A stretch of 64,000 bases of DNA from assembly GCF_018977255.1 (NCBI RefSeq), contig NW_024704743.1, positions 99,078,001 through 99,142,000 of the forward strand. The letters are read 5' to 3'. This document shows positions 1 through 12,812 of the stretch, piece by piece. Each line of letters opens with the position of its first letter. Position 1 is the stretch's first letter. Made by a program: the position numbers and the translations under genes. This DNA comes from Callorhinchus milii (Eukaryota). The notes beneath the pieces are model-generated. The model was not told the origin of the DNA. It worked only from the letters and a program-made list of their open reading frames with translations, and searched no databases.

Positions 1-1579
1 AATGTCATTTGTCACTTTGACCAAAGCTGTTTCAGTGCTGTGGGCCGCATATATATATATATATATACACAACAACATACACAGCTACTGTATTTACTTT
101 TCACTTCAGCACCTCTCTAGCCTTAAAAAAGTTTAAATTCTCTTAAAAAGTAACAATTACCAAAACTTTTAAAACAAATAAAAACAAACCATTTACTTGT
201 CATACTTGGAAACAAAAATGAACTGCAGAAATAATTAGCAAAAGTTAGCATTTGAAAATATACCTGCCTTAAAGTGTAGTACAGAAATAAGATATGCAGT
301 GCCCAAGAATCAATCAATGCCTTCAATGCTTCCATATTATACAACTTAAAGGATGAACAAATTTAATGCAGTGATTAAATCCCATCACAATCATATTACT
401 AAATGCCATTGTATCCTAAGGTAAATTAGGTCACTGTCCATAATTAATCATATATAAACTTCTTTTTAAAGTTAAAAATTAAAAAATTAGCTTTCCATTG
501 TTTAAAGTTCAGAAAAAATTACAATCTTTTAAAAAATGTCCCAGACTCCTCTATGGGGTGTTGGCGAAGATGTGAAAGGCGAAAGTTGGCAATATACATT
601 TGATTTTGCAGAAGATTTTTCAAACGTAATTTTACAAAACAAATGATCACCCCTTTATGATTAGTAGGTATGCTGGATTCACCTCCATTTTTGCACCTCA
701 AATTCTGATGCACTAGTTATTTATAAAAACAAGATCCTAGTTTTTGATTTTAAATAGGATCTAATGAAAAACGAACTAAGTTGAAAGAAATACATTTAAT
801 CCTGGCAAAACCATTGATCGGTAATTCATGAAAGAACTACTAGTTTTTCCGACGTGAAGGTTGGTATACAAGTGTAATTTGTTGTTGTAGTCAGGTCATC
901 CTTATATCCTCACCTTTTCACGATTCTTTTTCTCTAATCAAAATATGGGCTCCCAAAAATACGCAAAGGAAGGTAAAATTGGAATTTTGATAAGTATTGG
1001 CACAGAGTGCAAAGTTTATAATAATCCTTTCATTTGAAATTTCAAAATAATGTTTTTCCACCTCCTGCTCCAATGATTTTGTCATCCCAAATAAGAGTAA
1101 AAACAGTTAATCAAATTGCATCCAATCCCAGTTTGACCTATAGTGAAAAAGGCACTGTTATCAGTTTATACAAATTATTGTAGGCAATTTTAAAAACCAA
1201 ATTCTGTCCAAAATAAGTTCATCAATCATCTTGACCACCAAATATTTTGGCTTTACATCAGTACTGAATGAGGTATTACATTTCGAACCTGCCCAGAGAA
1301 CATTTCTATGCATATTTGCCTAGCAAACAGACAGTAATGGGAACATTTTTCATAGACAAAAANCACAGAATATAACAATTCATATCACAACTTTAAAAGT
1401 AGTTTTAGTCACCATTTTTGTTGCTTGCAAGATACTCCTGAAAGATTGCCAGGAAATTCATGTCAAGCAACAACCTCACAATAACCGATACATCACATCT
1501 CAATTTCCTTCTCAAAAAAACATTCAATGCTGCAAGTTATTCACTCTACAATAAATGCAGACCAGGAAGGCCACAGCAG

Positions 1580-1585
1580 TTTATT
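1580..1585 (-). promoter_or_regulatory. Candidate ESCO1 polyadenylation signal AATAAA
   Basis: tttatt on the + strand about 430 nt past the stop codon, with U-rich sequence downstream. Confidence 0.5.
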
Positions 1586-2015
1586 TTAAAAAACCAAAAC
1601 AATTCTCTTAATTTTTATACCACTGCATTTTATATACATTGTGTAAGAAATTCAAAATTTTTACAACTCAATTGTTCTGTGTTACAGAAAACATTGTAAA
1701 ATTTGTTAGCGTAACTAACAAAGTAAAAAGGCATGCTTCATTTCTAAAAACTGTTAAAACCAATGTCCATTTTAAAATACAAAGCAAACAATGTCAAATA
1801 TTACTGCATCCTTTCCAGTTTTCCAAAATATAAGCAACCATTTAGCTATCGGTCCTGAGTTAACTGTAATAAAAGTAACTGTACAGTTCTTACATCTCAA
1901 CTCCTGAAACTTGTGAACAGCGAACAAATTCATAATTGTATCAGTTTCCTGAGGCTTTATCAAGTAGACTTCATCACTGGTGGTTGTGAAGTCTGCTTCA
2001 TCCATCTGTGCAAGG

Positions 2016-2148
2016 TCAGCTAACAAAATTATACACCAAGAACCTGGGTGTTCCACAATACTGGGTCGCAAAGAGTTTACCATCCGCAGTAGGATCCGAG
2101 AATGCAATTTCTTCTTTACTTAAGTATGACCCATAAACGAAATTGCTC
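2016..2148 (-). CDS. ESCO1: ESCO1 last coding exon ([43 protein letters not shown])
   Basis: IAFSDPT motif, TGA stop at 2018-2016. Confidence 0.95.
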
Positions 2149-2787
2149 CTGTGAAGTAGATAGATAATACAAGTGGCACACATGTCAGATATCCTGTTCC
2201 CAACAAATCACAAATCGATTTAAAACATACCTCAAGTAATCAAATTTCCAACTTACTTTTCTTGCTTCAATGATGCAATCTATATACATATCAGAGTCTA
2301 ACCTATGATAGTTAGAAAGCGAGTAGTCTATTTCATTGATTGATACCAACTGCTTCTAGTTGGGTTTCTGGTGCTGGATTTGAAGAGCAGCATAATACTC
2401 AGAACACACTGTACCACATGCATTTAGGTTAAGGATTGTTGTGGTTTCATCTTACTTCAGACAAGTACTTATTCCAGCATTGTGAAGTTATTTTCAACAG
2501 GACTATAACTGAATTGCATTTAATCTATTTAGGAAGGATGGAAGTCAACTAGAATTGGCCAATGTGGCTGTAATGAATCAGTTTTTCATTATTTGCGATA
2601 GGATTAAAGTCTGAGGAAACTATAACAGTTTCAAAAGATCACTCTTGCAATGCTTTCACATTTTGATTTTTAATGTTTAGTGTTCTCCAGTGGAAAAAAA
2701 ATTCCTTCAGGAGGGAAGGGAAGAAAAAAAGGGTCCATAATTAGAAGACAAAAATACACCACATTGCACCCACGTATTCTCACTCAC

Positions 2788-2972
2788 CTGAGACAGTCAA
2801 TCATTCTAGTAGCAATTGCCTTCCTCCGCATTAGATTGAAGACCCATACTCTGCTTATTCCACAGATTGCTGGTTCAGCATTGGTTGAACAGCACCAAGC
2901 TCGTTGGCTTTCAAGCATAATTGCATCATTTGTTGATTCCTGTGAAGTCTTATCAGCTATGACCTTGAAACC
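2788..2972 (-). CDS. ESCO1: ESCO1 acetyltransferase exon (GFKVI...AWCCSTNAEPAICGISRVWVFNLMRRKAIATRMIDCLR)
   Basis: GNAT acetyl-CoA-binding region CGISRVWV...RRKAIA, 185 nt. Confidence 0.95.
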
Positions 2973-3336
2973 CTGAATGAAAAACAGGTTCTAAATTGAA
3001 CATAACTATTTATAAATCTCAACCACAGTTTTTATAATACTTCCATTGTTGAACAATATTATTTGGAGTTAGGCAATTGACAGTTAATAATACAACAAAA
3101 TAAATATTATTGGACGTGACCAAAAAGCAGGGGATTGCAGTAGGTAACTTCAGGGGATAAAATGGCCAAATGGCTCCTCTGTGCTGTAAATATTCTGACA
3201 TATAATGACACTATATACAATTCAGTTTAGCCACTTACTTGCCTTGCATCTTTCCACAAAAGTGGTTACCCAATATAAGTTTCCATGTTTATGTAAATTC
3301 AAATGAACTGCATAAAACTATTTTAAAAATACAAAC

Positions 3337-3480
3337 CCGCTGTATATGTTCCGCTATTAAACAGCCAACTACTTTTCTGTCATTGGAGATGAAGAGAAGT
3401 GTTTTTGTTCTGGAAGGGCACTTTAGTTCTGCATGTTGAAATCCAAGGTCATTATCAACTATTTCACGGATCTCTTCAAC
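3337..3480 (-). CDS. ESCO1: ESCO1 acetyltransferase exon (VEEIREIVDNDLGF...VVGCLIAEHIQR)
   Basis: DNDLGF and VVGCLIAE motifs, 144 nt. Confidence 0.95.
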
Positions 3481-4374
3481 CTGCAAGAAAGTGTCAGTCT
3501 TAATATACAAATCTATAACACATTTTCCCCTTTTATTAGGTCTGTGTTTATGTGCACGATTGACTTATATATGATACACAATTAAAAGACCAATGTCCTT
3601 AAATTTGCACCACTTTTTTCCATTGTGCTAAATAATTTTTTCTCCCAAACAAACCTTTTGCACATTTTGTAAACCTTTAATTGCTATAGACAAGTCAATT
3701 TGTTATCAGCACTCATACATTAGTTTTAACAATCTTTGGAGTTGACCGACCGATTCCACCTTTACCATTACTACATACAAAAACAGCTGGTCTGCAAAGG
3801 AGTTTTAGACTCAACAGCAATTTAAGTTAAGCCACCCTACATAGCAAGATTTGTAGAATCAAAGTAAAGCAATATCCATTTAAGTTTTAATTAGGTCATC
3901 TATTGAGGCTCAAATAAAGGACAATTATAATAAAGGAGAAAAACCTTAGAGTAAATTAAAATAACCATAGGCTGAATGGCCTCCTGTGTTGTAATATTCT
4001 ATGATTCTAAGCTTGCTACCATGAAGAGTTTAACTACAGGATCAAATTTACCGAAGCTAAAAATGTGAACAATTATTCCAAGTTACTGCTCAATTTTTGA
4101 ACATTTTAATGAACTTGTTTGTACATATTGTGCTGGTAGGGCATGGACAGCATGTACTAGGTTTTTGTTAAAACAAAGTTAATATAAGGTAATCAGGTTT
4201 AATAGGTCACTTGAAACTAAAACAAAACCAAATTATACCCACAGCATTGTGGAATTCTTGAAGTCTTGCCGAATTAATGATGAGAACCTGCACTCTAAAA
4301 TGATTGCCTTGAATTTTGTTCCCAAGTACATGGATGTGGCAGAAAGTTGCAGTGATGGAGAAAAATATATCTAC

Positions 4375-4464
4375 CTTTTTCAGAGCATATTTAGGATCAT
4401 CAGGAAGAACCATTATTATTTTGCCGTCAGGATATTCACTTAAAATTCTCTCCTTTTTCCAGCC
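4375..4464 (-). CDS. ESCO1: ESCO1 exon (GWKKERILSEYPDGKIIMVLPDDPKYALKK)
   Basis: Near-identical to vertebrate ESCO1, 90 nt, canonical splice sites. Confidence 0.95.
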
Positions 4465-5721
4465 CTGATGGAAGATCACAAAGAGTTAAAAAAAATCCAC
4501 TAATCTTTTTATGCAAATGTGAGAACTGTAGTTTTGGTGCATTTAAATAAAACTCAAACATCCAGCCCAATGCTATAAGCAGCAGTTGATCAAAAGATCA
4601 CTAAGAACTCCCCAGTAATTGTCCCACTCAATGAAAGTGCTTTTCCACCAATACAAACCAAACACGATGATTTTTCAGACGGCTTTGACTGGAATTTTTA
4701 AAAAATAATTTTTCTTAACCTTTATTCATCATAGTTGGGAAAGACGCACTTTGGATTTGTAGAGCATCCTTTTTTGTACTGCTTTTTATATACTAAATTA
4801 AGGGGGAAAAAAGTACCGCATGCAATGTGCCAGAAAATAGTAATAATAATCCTTACGTTTGATATATTGCTTTATCACGTCTTTGTCTCAAAGTGCTTTA
4901 TAGAATTCATGCAAAGTGAATTGTATATTTTGTGGGCGAAATGCAGCCAATTACACACAGCAGTGTCCTACAAACATTTGTGGATTGCGTGACCAATAGC
5001 TAAGTCCATGTTGGGGTTATTCTGCTAATTATTTGAATTCCCTGTTCTTCCCCTTCAAATATTTATGTAAAAGTTAGAAGATGGTATTTCTAACAATGCA
5101 GCACATCCCACACTGCACTGGAGTCTGCCTAGACCAATAGTAGCCTTTTTGATCAGTCAATCACATACATTTTTCTTTATTGAATTTTTCTTCATTGATG
5201 GCCATTTATTGGCCACGGTTATTAGGGGATCGCTTTTCCGGGAGTAATAATTCCTTCAAAATAGGTTAAAAAAATTTGGTTACTCAATCCACGACTGTTT
5301 GCAGGACAATGATGTGCGCAATTGGCTGCCGCATTTCACCTACAAAATAGTCAATTCATTTTACAGTATATTCTGTGAAGCGCTTTGAGACGTCTCAAAG
5401 ATGTGATAAGACGCTTTATCAAATGCAGTTATTTATGGGTATTGCAGCTCAATAGCTACTGGAAACCTGCTATTGATTTGCTGCAGATTTGCCTGGCCTG
5501 GTGCAGGCTTTTGGTAGGCCAAGAAGTTGACATTCCATGAAGTCAATCGTGATCAACCAGTTGTAGACTCCTGGCCGAGACTATGAGTTCCAAAGTTGAT
5601 GCAAGGCTTGAACCACAGACTTCTGACTCAGAGGTAAGAATGCTGCCAGCTGTGCAGACTGACAATACAATAGCTGCCTGGGAGCCTGTCAATTTTTTTA
5701 ATGTGATCTGATAAGGAGGTC

Positions 5722-6180
5722 AAAACAACAACAATAACAAAATTACATTTGTATAGCACCTTTCACTTTGGGAGGACGTCCCAAGGCACTGGACAGACAG
5801 AGTTACGGACCCGAGCTGAGGGTCGGGGTGGGGGAGGGTGGAAGCAGGGAGATCGAAAGCACAGTCGAAGAAGAGAGACTTGAAGGTGGCAAGGCAGGGG
5901 GTGAGACAGAGGGACTGCGGGATGGAGTTCCAGAGGGTGGGTGAAGAGTGGCGGAAAGCCCGCCCGCCGATAGTGTGGCGAGCAAGGTGGGGGATGTGAA
6001 GCAGGTCGGAGCCCGCTGAGCAGAGGGAGTGAACAGGGTGGTGGGGATTAGGAGGTCGAAGATGTATGGGGGAGCAAGACCGTGGAGGGCTTTGAAGGTG
6101 AGAACCAGCATCTTGAACTATATCCTCTGTGTGATGGAAAGCCAGTGGAGTTGGGCAAGGATGGGGGTGGGGTGATAAGG
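5722..6180 (-). mobile_element. L2 LINE 3' end
   Basis: LTFKALHGLAPPY and LWNSIP motifs. Same subfamily as the 50628 copy. Confidence 0.88.
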
Positions 6181-6357
6181 TTGGGCCAGTGAAAACACAC
6201 GTCAATGAACCCTCCTCAAAGCACTTTACAAGAATTACTGTAGTGAAGTGACTGTATTTTGAAGGAAGCTAAACATGAACATGTAACACTTTTGGCTGCC
6301 TAATCAAATGTATATTCAAGCCATAGGTGCTGGCAAGTCAATGAATATCTATGGGTA

Positions 6358-6622
6358 CAACAACAACTTAGATTTATATAGCGCCCTCCACGCCGGACAG
6401 TGTCTCAGAGCGCTTCACAGTAACGGATCCCTGGGCTGAGCCGGGGGAGGAAAGTGACCAAAGGCGCAGTCGAAAAGAAAGGTCTTCAGCCGAGAACTGA
6501 AAATAGGAAGAGCGGGGGGGAGTCGAAGGGAGTGAGGAAGGGAGTTCCAGAGCCTCGGGGTGTAGTGGTTGAAGACACGGCTGCCGATGGTGGAGCGGAA
6601 GATTCGGGGGACAAGGAGGAGG
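6358..6622 (-). mobile_element. L2 LINE 3' end
   Basis: LWNSLP...LKTFLF C-terminus. Same tail as the 46347 copy. Confidence 0.85.
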
Positions 6623-7059
6623 CCATACACTCTCTGCACATTTGGTACTGACCAGCTCTGCACTTTTTCAGCTCATTATGCTAAAAAAAAATAAACTGCA
6701 TAAACAAAGCTAGTCAAAAAACAGAAATAACTTTATTACTCTAATGTTTTTAAACATTTCTTTTAACTATTTTCCATCTATTCTAAGTGTTTTCTTCTAA
6801 CTGCACCCTAGCTCCTGCTCCCAACATTCCTCTGAAATTCCAGGTCTTAGGAGAAATGTATCTAACCCTGGAGTTATTTCCTGTAGTTCTGCAGCACATG
6901 TCCAATGTCATTTGAACAACCTTGTTAAATTGCTTCATGCTCAGCCAAGGTAAACTGAAAGGGATAATTGCAATCCATTGTGTTAATGGAGGTGTAGCAG
7001 CCCGATTTTGTTAAGAAGCTCAACACCCTACAATTGTTTCTGGGGTGCTAGAAACTTAC

Positions 7060-7191
7060 CACATATTTTACAGCACTAATAAAACGTTTGTGAAACTGAA
7101 GGTGCTGGGCTTCATCCTCTGGAACAGATGCTGCATACAGCATTCCACAGATAGCACAGGAAACGGCTCCAATCCTTTTCTGCCCAGCATC
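7060..7191 (-). CDS. ESCO1: ESCO1 C2H2 zinc-finger exon ([44 protein letters not shown])
   Basis: CxxC...HxxxH zinc finger of the Eco1/ESCO family, 132 nt, canonical splice sites. Confidence 0.95.
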
Positions 7192-7989
7192 CTGTGGAGG
7201 AATAAATACATCTAAAATGTATATCATGTATCATTTTGCTCATATTCCTTGACAAATGGAAAGGGCAATTAAATGTACTTAGAATAAGCAGCATACAATT
7301 TTACTTGTTGAAATTAAAAATTTAGAACTAAATCAGCAAAAGGCTACTTTTTAAGTAAGTAATTTAAGCACATTTTTTCTTTGATAAAAAATTCTCTCTC
7401 TTCCTCCAGGTAAGAGAGAGCTGCCAACTTGCTTCTAGCATCTATCATTACACATTCAAGTTGGCTGCTGAAAGGTTTACAGAGGTACAAAAAGAATACT
7501 TGCTCGAATTTGCACAGCGTACCAGTGCCATCATATGGTAGGTTACACTAAATGAGATGTGAAAGGTGCTGTATCAAAACGCAAGGATTATTTATCAGTC
7601 TGATTTGGATTCTATTAAGCATGGTGATGGGTTCCACAACATCAGATACCCAACTGAACAAAAAAAGGGATATTTACGCCAAAATAAAAAAAGTTGTCCA
7701 CTCCGTTTTGCTTTACAGTTGATCTTAAGAGGGAGCAATTATAGTCCAATGTATTTCTGCAGCTGCAGATGGGAGCTTCACACTGAAATTACAAAGGAAT
7801 GTTCTTTTGAACATACTCACTACTGTTTCCCATAATCTTCTGATATTGCTACCAACCTTTCACACTTTGCTAGACAGTACCACACAATATTTAATAGATT
7901 GGATTCAAAACAAATACTTCAAAAATAATTTTTTTGATAAACAATCATCCTCTTGAATTGGTCTACGCTTGATTTGTTACAAGACTTAC

Positions 7990-8113
7990 AATGGTCAGTT
8001 GCTGAAGCCCACCTCTCTCTGTATCATTCACTGGTTTGACTTCTTTCTGTACAGAAAGATCAGAGGCAACCACAATACTCTTCGCTTCAGTGAGCTGACT
8101 GGACAAAGGTACA
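7990..8113 (-). CDS. ESCO1: ESCO1 exon ending QQLTI (start of PIP-box-like QLTIDAGQK)
   Basis: Acceptor ctttcag, donor ATT|gtaagt, 124 nt. Junction gives QLTI-DAGQK, matching the Eco1-family QxxIDAGQK motif. Confidence 0.85.
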
Positions 8114-8233
8114 CTGAAAGAAAGATGGAAAAGCAATTGACATATTGATATTACAATAACTTGCATTTATATAGCACCCTTTACGAAGGATAACATTCAA
8201 GGGTTTTGCTAACATGGGGTTGGATACCGAGCC

Positions 8234-8257
8234 GGGGGGGGGGGGGGGGGGGGGGGG
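8234..8257. repeat. Poly-G run within a short L2-tail remnant
   Basis: About 24 G following caataacttgcatttatatagcacc...ggataccgagcc. Confidence 0.8.
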
Positions 8258-10551
8258 AACGACGACAATTTTCAAATCAATGTTTAAATGCCTCTGCTGT
8301 GTTCCCAGCTGCCTTAGCTAGTTATGTCAACATCCAGAAAATTAATTCAAATTCCCCATTAAAGCTGCTGTACTGATAAATTTAATAAGGACTTTAACAA
8401 TTATTCAAGTTAAAAATTCTAGGATAGCATTGCCTTTTAATAATGTTTTATTAAGGAGAAGGAACAGCACCAAATCCACAAGTTGTCAAATGACCATCAG
8501 AAAGCTGGTGTGCAGTCCAGGAAACAAACCGGACAGAGAATAGGGATTAGAAGGGAGTTTTGTTTGTATACAATATTTTCCTTGCTTACAACCATACTTG
8601 ACTATTGCACACTTTAACTGAAGTAGTACAATTCATCCTACTTGGTACACGTTAACTACTGCATTGGAATAACAAGATTTCCATATTCACACTTTGCAAT
8701 TTTTAGAGATTTTGAAATGTTCCCATTTATTTCCACCCAAAGAGATCAAATACAAGAGACCTTTGAAATAAAAAAATATAAATTACAATCGTTTACCAAA
8801 GTTGGTTATCAAAATAGCTTGCTTATCTATTCCCAAATTTTAAATTTTGCTTTTCAGAAATAGGTTTCACACAAATTAGTGAATAACATTCTGTGGATAG
8901 CAAGTTGATGTTTACATTCTTCTCCAAATCGACATTCATGCTAATCTTTTTCAAATGTCCAAGACATCAAACAAATTCTGACGCCGGATTGGCAACCGCA
9001 ACCAGGCTCAATGAGCCATAAGAAAATGTAGATGCTTAACAGGGACAACCACTAGAGGGAGGTGTTCAATCAACTTTTACTTCCATTCTACTTTATGAAC
9101 AGCAAATTAAAAAAATCAAATAAGAACATAGCATGGAATGGGAAGATAATGCTCTTTGCATTAAAGTAAAAATCATCCAATTGAGAACTCCCCACTACAC
9201 CCTCAATCTCCTGGGGAAACATTCCCAACCAAAAACTCCAGAGTATTCATCCATCTTCACATCTCTTCAACCATAAGCTCCATCATAAAGTTCTATCCCT
9301 CCATAGATAATGTTCTCTAACCCATTAGACCTCAGCAGCACAGAAAAACTGCATTCTATGGAGTATTAATTCATCTTCACCCACAAAATATAGTCACTGC
9401 ACTTTACAGTATATCCTGTAAAGTGCTTTGGGATAGCCTCTCAATATGAAATGCAGTCTGCAGATATTCTTCAATAAAATAAAGAATTTACATAGCACCC
9501 ATCACTTTGAAGCATCGCAAGCTTGTCAAATAATTACATTCAATTGTAGCAACTGTCTTTTCACAGAAAAGTGGGAGACATTTGTGCAGACAAACAGCTA
9601 CAATGTGAATGAACAATTCATGTTAAAAAAGCTTGACCAGGATTTTGGGAGAAACTGTAATAATAATCATCACCCTTGCATTTGACATAGCTCTTTATCA
9701 AGTCACCGAGATGTCTCAAAACGCATCACAGAATACATTGCAAAGTGAATCAATGTATATCCCGTGGGTGAAACTCGGCAACCAATTGCGCATATCCGTG
9801 CCCCACAAACAGTAGTGAAAAAAATCATTTTCAACTAGTGTATTGCAATTTTTAACATTCAATTAAACAAGCATACCTCAGCTTAATTTCTCATTGAAAA
9901 GACAACATCTGTAACAACAGCATACCCCACAAGATTGCACTAGAATGTCAGCCTAGACTGAGCTCAAATACAATCATGGGCTAGGAAGCCTAAACTCTTC
10001 AACTGGATTAAAGTGCTGTCAACTGAACAAAACTGACACCTATAATAGAGTTAAACTGGACATCAAATTGCTTTTATTGCATCTATTTCACAGCTCCAGT
10101 CCTGTTTGATTTTAAATTTAAGCCTTTTAGCACTGATACTATATGGTTCCAGATATGATCAGAGTCTTGAACTTGTGTTTAAGTGGAAGTACTCCATAGC
10201 AACAACAACTTGCATTCATATAGTGCCCTCACGGGTGGTAGCATACCGAGTGCTCAACATTGGTGGAGCTTAACAACTCCAACCACACTCAAGACAACTC
10301 ATTTGTGTGGTGTCATATGAAAACTGAGGCATCCTAGTAAAGTCTTGTGTGGTACTTAAAGCAAGCATGATGAAGAACTGCATTATTAACTATGTCAAGC
10401 ACTTTGGTAAAACCCAAAGAGGCACTGAAACAGCAATCGTGTGGAACACACAACCAAATTATTTAAGTAAATAAGAGATTCTCTAAACACTTGTATCAAT
10501 GGCATAATTCCAAGCAGTCATAACTACCATCACAATAATCTTTCAAGTTAC

Positions 10552-10621
10552 CTTTCATTATTTCTCTCTGATGAACCTGGACTGCTGAAGAGAGCCCGTA
10601 TGGTTTCCATGGGTGCTGACA
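10552..10621 (-). CDS. ESCO1: ESCO1 exon (VSAPMETIRALFSSPGSSERNNES)
   Basis: Acceptor actgtag, donor AAG|gtaact, 70 nt, phase 1 to 2. It is needed to bridge the phases of the flanking exons. Confidence 0.65.
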
Positions 10622-11771
10622 CTACAGTATTATTCAAACAAAAATAAAAAGGACATTTTATTTGAGCTGCCAAGATATTTCTACTGGCCTAAAAATTAGC
10701 CATGAAGGAAAAGTAAAATTGAAACATGTATGAGAAAATTGAATATGTACAAAGTTCAAAAAACACACTATCTCCGGGTCTGCAGCACGAGATTCCTGAC
10801 AATGTTTAAAATTGGTTTAAATTAAAACAAAATGAGGAAATAGAAGGTTAACTTGAGGAAAGCTAGACACCAGTTGGTTAGCACCCTTTTATCTTCACCT
10901 CTTGGCTCTTGGTTGGAACCTAGCTCAAATTGATGGCAAGACATTTTCTGTTTGCTGTTTTTTTGTCAGCTGGAAACGGAATGCTCGCTCTTATCCCCAG
11001 AGGGACAAACTCTGATTCCCTTTACTTCCACAAAGCATTAGGTGCAGGTTAGTAGGAGCCAAAGTTTGGGATCTCTGCAGTGTGCTGGGATGCTGCTGCA
11101 GTTTAATTAGCTGAACTGCATAACTTGCTATCAGGTACACTATTTGTCAAACTTCCCACTGTTTCTCCACATTACTTGATAGGGCTTCGGATTGCAGGGT
11201 TAACGGGAATTGAGTGGGAAGAATACATGCACCCAGTGATGTATCTGCCTCTTCAAGTACTACTGACAAGCCAAGCTGCCCTGACAGTGGCAACTCTCTT
11301 AACAGTGCCCTGACATATCCCAGTGGCTCAGGAATCGGACTACCAATACTACAAGATTGATTCAATGCTGATATTCCATTGCTAGGCATGTCACATTGGA
11401 GCCAACTCAGCCCCAAGAATAGGCATGAGGTGGGCAATAGAAATCCATCAATCACAGGTTAAGCCCTCGCTAGGTGGTTAGCACGTGATAGGAACTCCTC
11501 ACAATCTTCTTGGTGAGCAGCATAACTCAGGATGAAATGCACGAGAGCATTGCTACCATTCTTCTGTTCACAGCTCAGACATGCCTGCCCACTCATTGAG
11601 CAATGGTTTTAATAGTTGGAATTTTAGAACTTCAGAAGCAGCTGCTTAACATTCACATACCAATCAGTAAGTACAAAACCATAGAAATTGAGCACGTGTT
11701 CAAACCCTAGACTTCAGGTGACATTTGCCAGCAACCGCTGTCACAAGCTTCAGAATTTTTTCATCAGTTAT

Positions 11772-12078
11772 AATATAATAATCCTTGCATTTGATATAGT
11801 GCTTTTCACGTCTTCTCGACGTCTCAAAGCGCTTCACAGAATATACTGTAAAGTGAATTGACCGTATATTTGTGGGCGAACGCGGCAGCCAATTGCGCAC
11901 AGCAGTGTCCCACAAACAGATTGAAAATGACCAATTTATTATTTTTTTTGTTTTGGAGGGATTATTATTAGGCTCTGTGTGGAGTAAGGAAACTTGCCCA
12001 AGGTTTCGCCCTGCCTAGAATTGAAATCAGGTCTCTTGCTTGCAAAGCGAGTGCTCAACCACTGAGCTACAGGACTCC
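11772..12078 (-). mobile_element. Full-length tRNA-derived SINE with L2-type tail
   Basis: Head GGAGTCCTGTAGCTCAGTGG (A box), decayed B box, (TTA)n tail, TSD AGTTAT (11766-11771 and 12079-12084). Confidence 0.9.
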
Positions 12079-12715
12079 AGTTATTTAACAGATATCTGCC
12101 TTTAGCAGGTAGAAGGCTAAACAGGACATCCCTGTGCCTTATGATGTGCCTGCAAGGTTGGTGTTCTCAAGATCCACATCTTATGCTTACTCAACACCAA
12201 TTGCTTAATTGTGAGAGGCCTTGGTAAAGAGATGTGCCCATTGTGAAGCCGACTCTACCTCCAGAACGTTGAGTGAAAAGTTAGTGTAGTCCAGAACCCT
12301 TTGCCGGTTGTAATTGTCCACCATAAAATGAGTCCGAGTACATTCAAACCAACTACATGGATGTCAGTCTATGGTACAAAACTGACTAATTTGGCATCAA
12401 CTAGCACTCTCATTCCAAGTGATCACAGAATGCAAGGAAAATAGTATATGAAGTGCTCTTTTCGGGTTAGTATTATGTCGCAACATTTGAGCAGAGGAGA
12501 GGGAACTTCACTTTGATTCTAGTTGTAATCTATCTAATTTAGGATTTTTTGATGCCTGAAATAGAAATGTTTTCCATACTACCACACGCCTTGAACATAA
12601 ATTGAAGATTTAAATGTTATTCACTGGTGTTCAGAAAGTTTATACTAAGAATATAACCATAAATAGAATAGCACAATTTTTTGTACCCTCCTATACTGCA
12701 GTTATTTTGCTGTAC

Positions 12716-12812
12716 CTTCCACTTCACTCTCCAATTTCTCCTTCACTGGTGCTGTAGTAACTCCCTTCATCGGACTACAATCAGGACTTGATTCCAAATG
12801 CAACCTAAAACT
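12716..12812 (-). CDS. ESCO1: ESCO1 exon (SFRLHLESSPDCSPMKGVTTAPVKEKLESEVE)
   Basis: Acceptor ctttcttcag, donor AAG|gtacag, 97 nt, phase 0 to 1. Confidence 0.75.

Noticed and set aside
1772..2107. 111-aa ORF overlapping the ESCO1 last exon and 3' UTR; possible stop read-through
   Set aside because: Alternative frame without homology. Stop context TGA-CCT is not the TGA-CTAG read-through motif, and another TGA follows after 5 codons.
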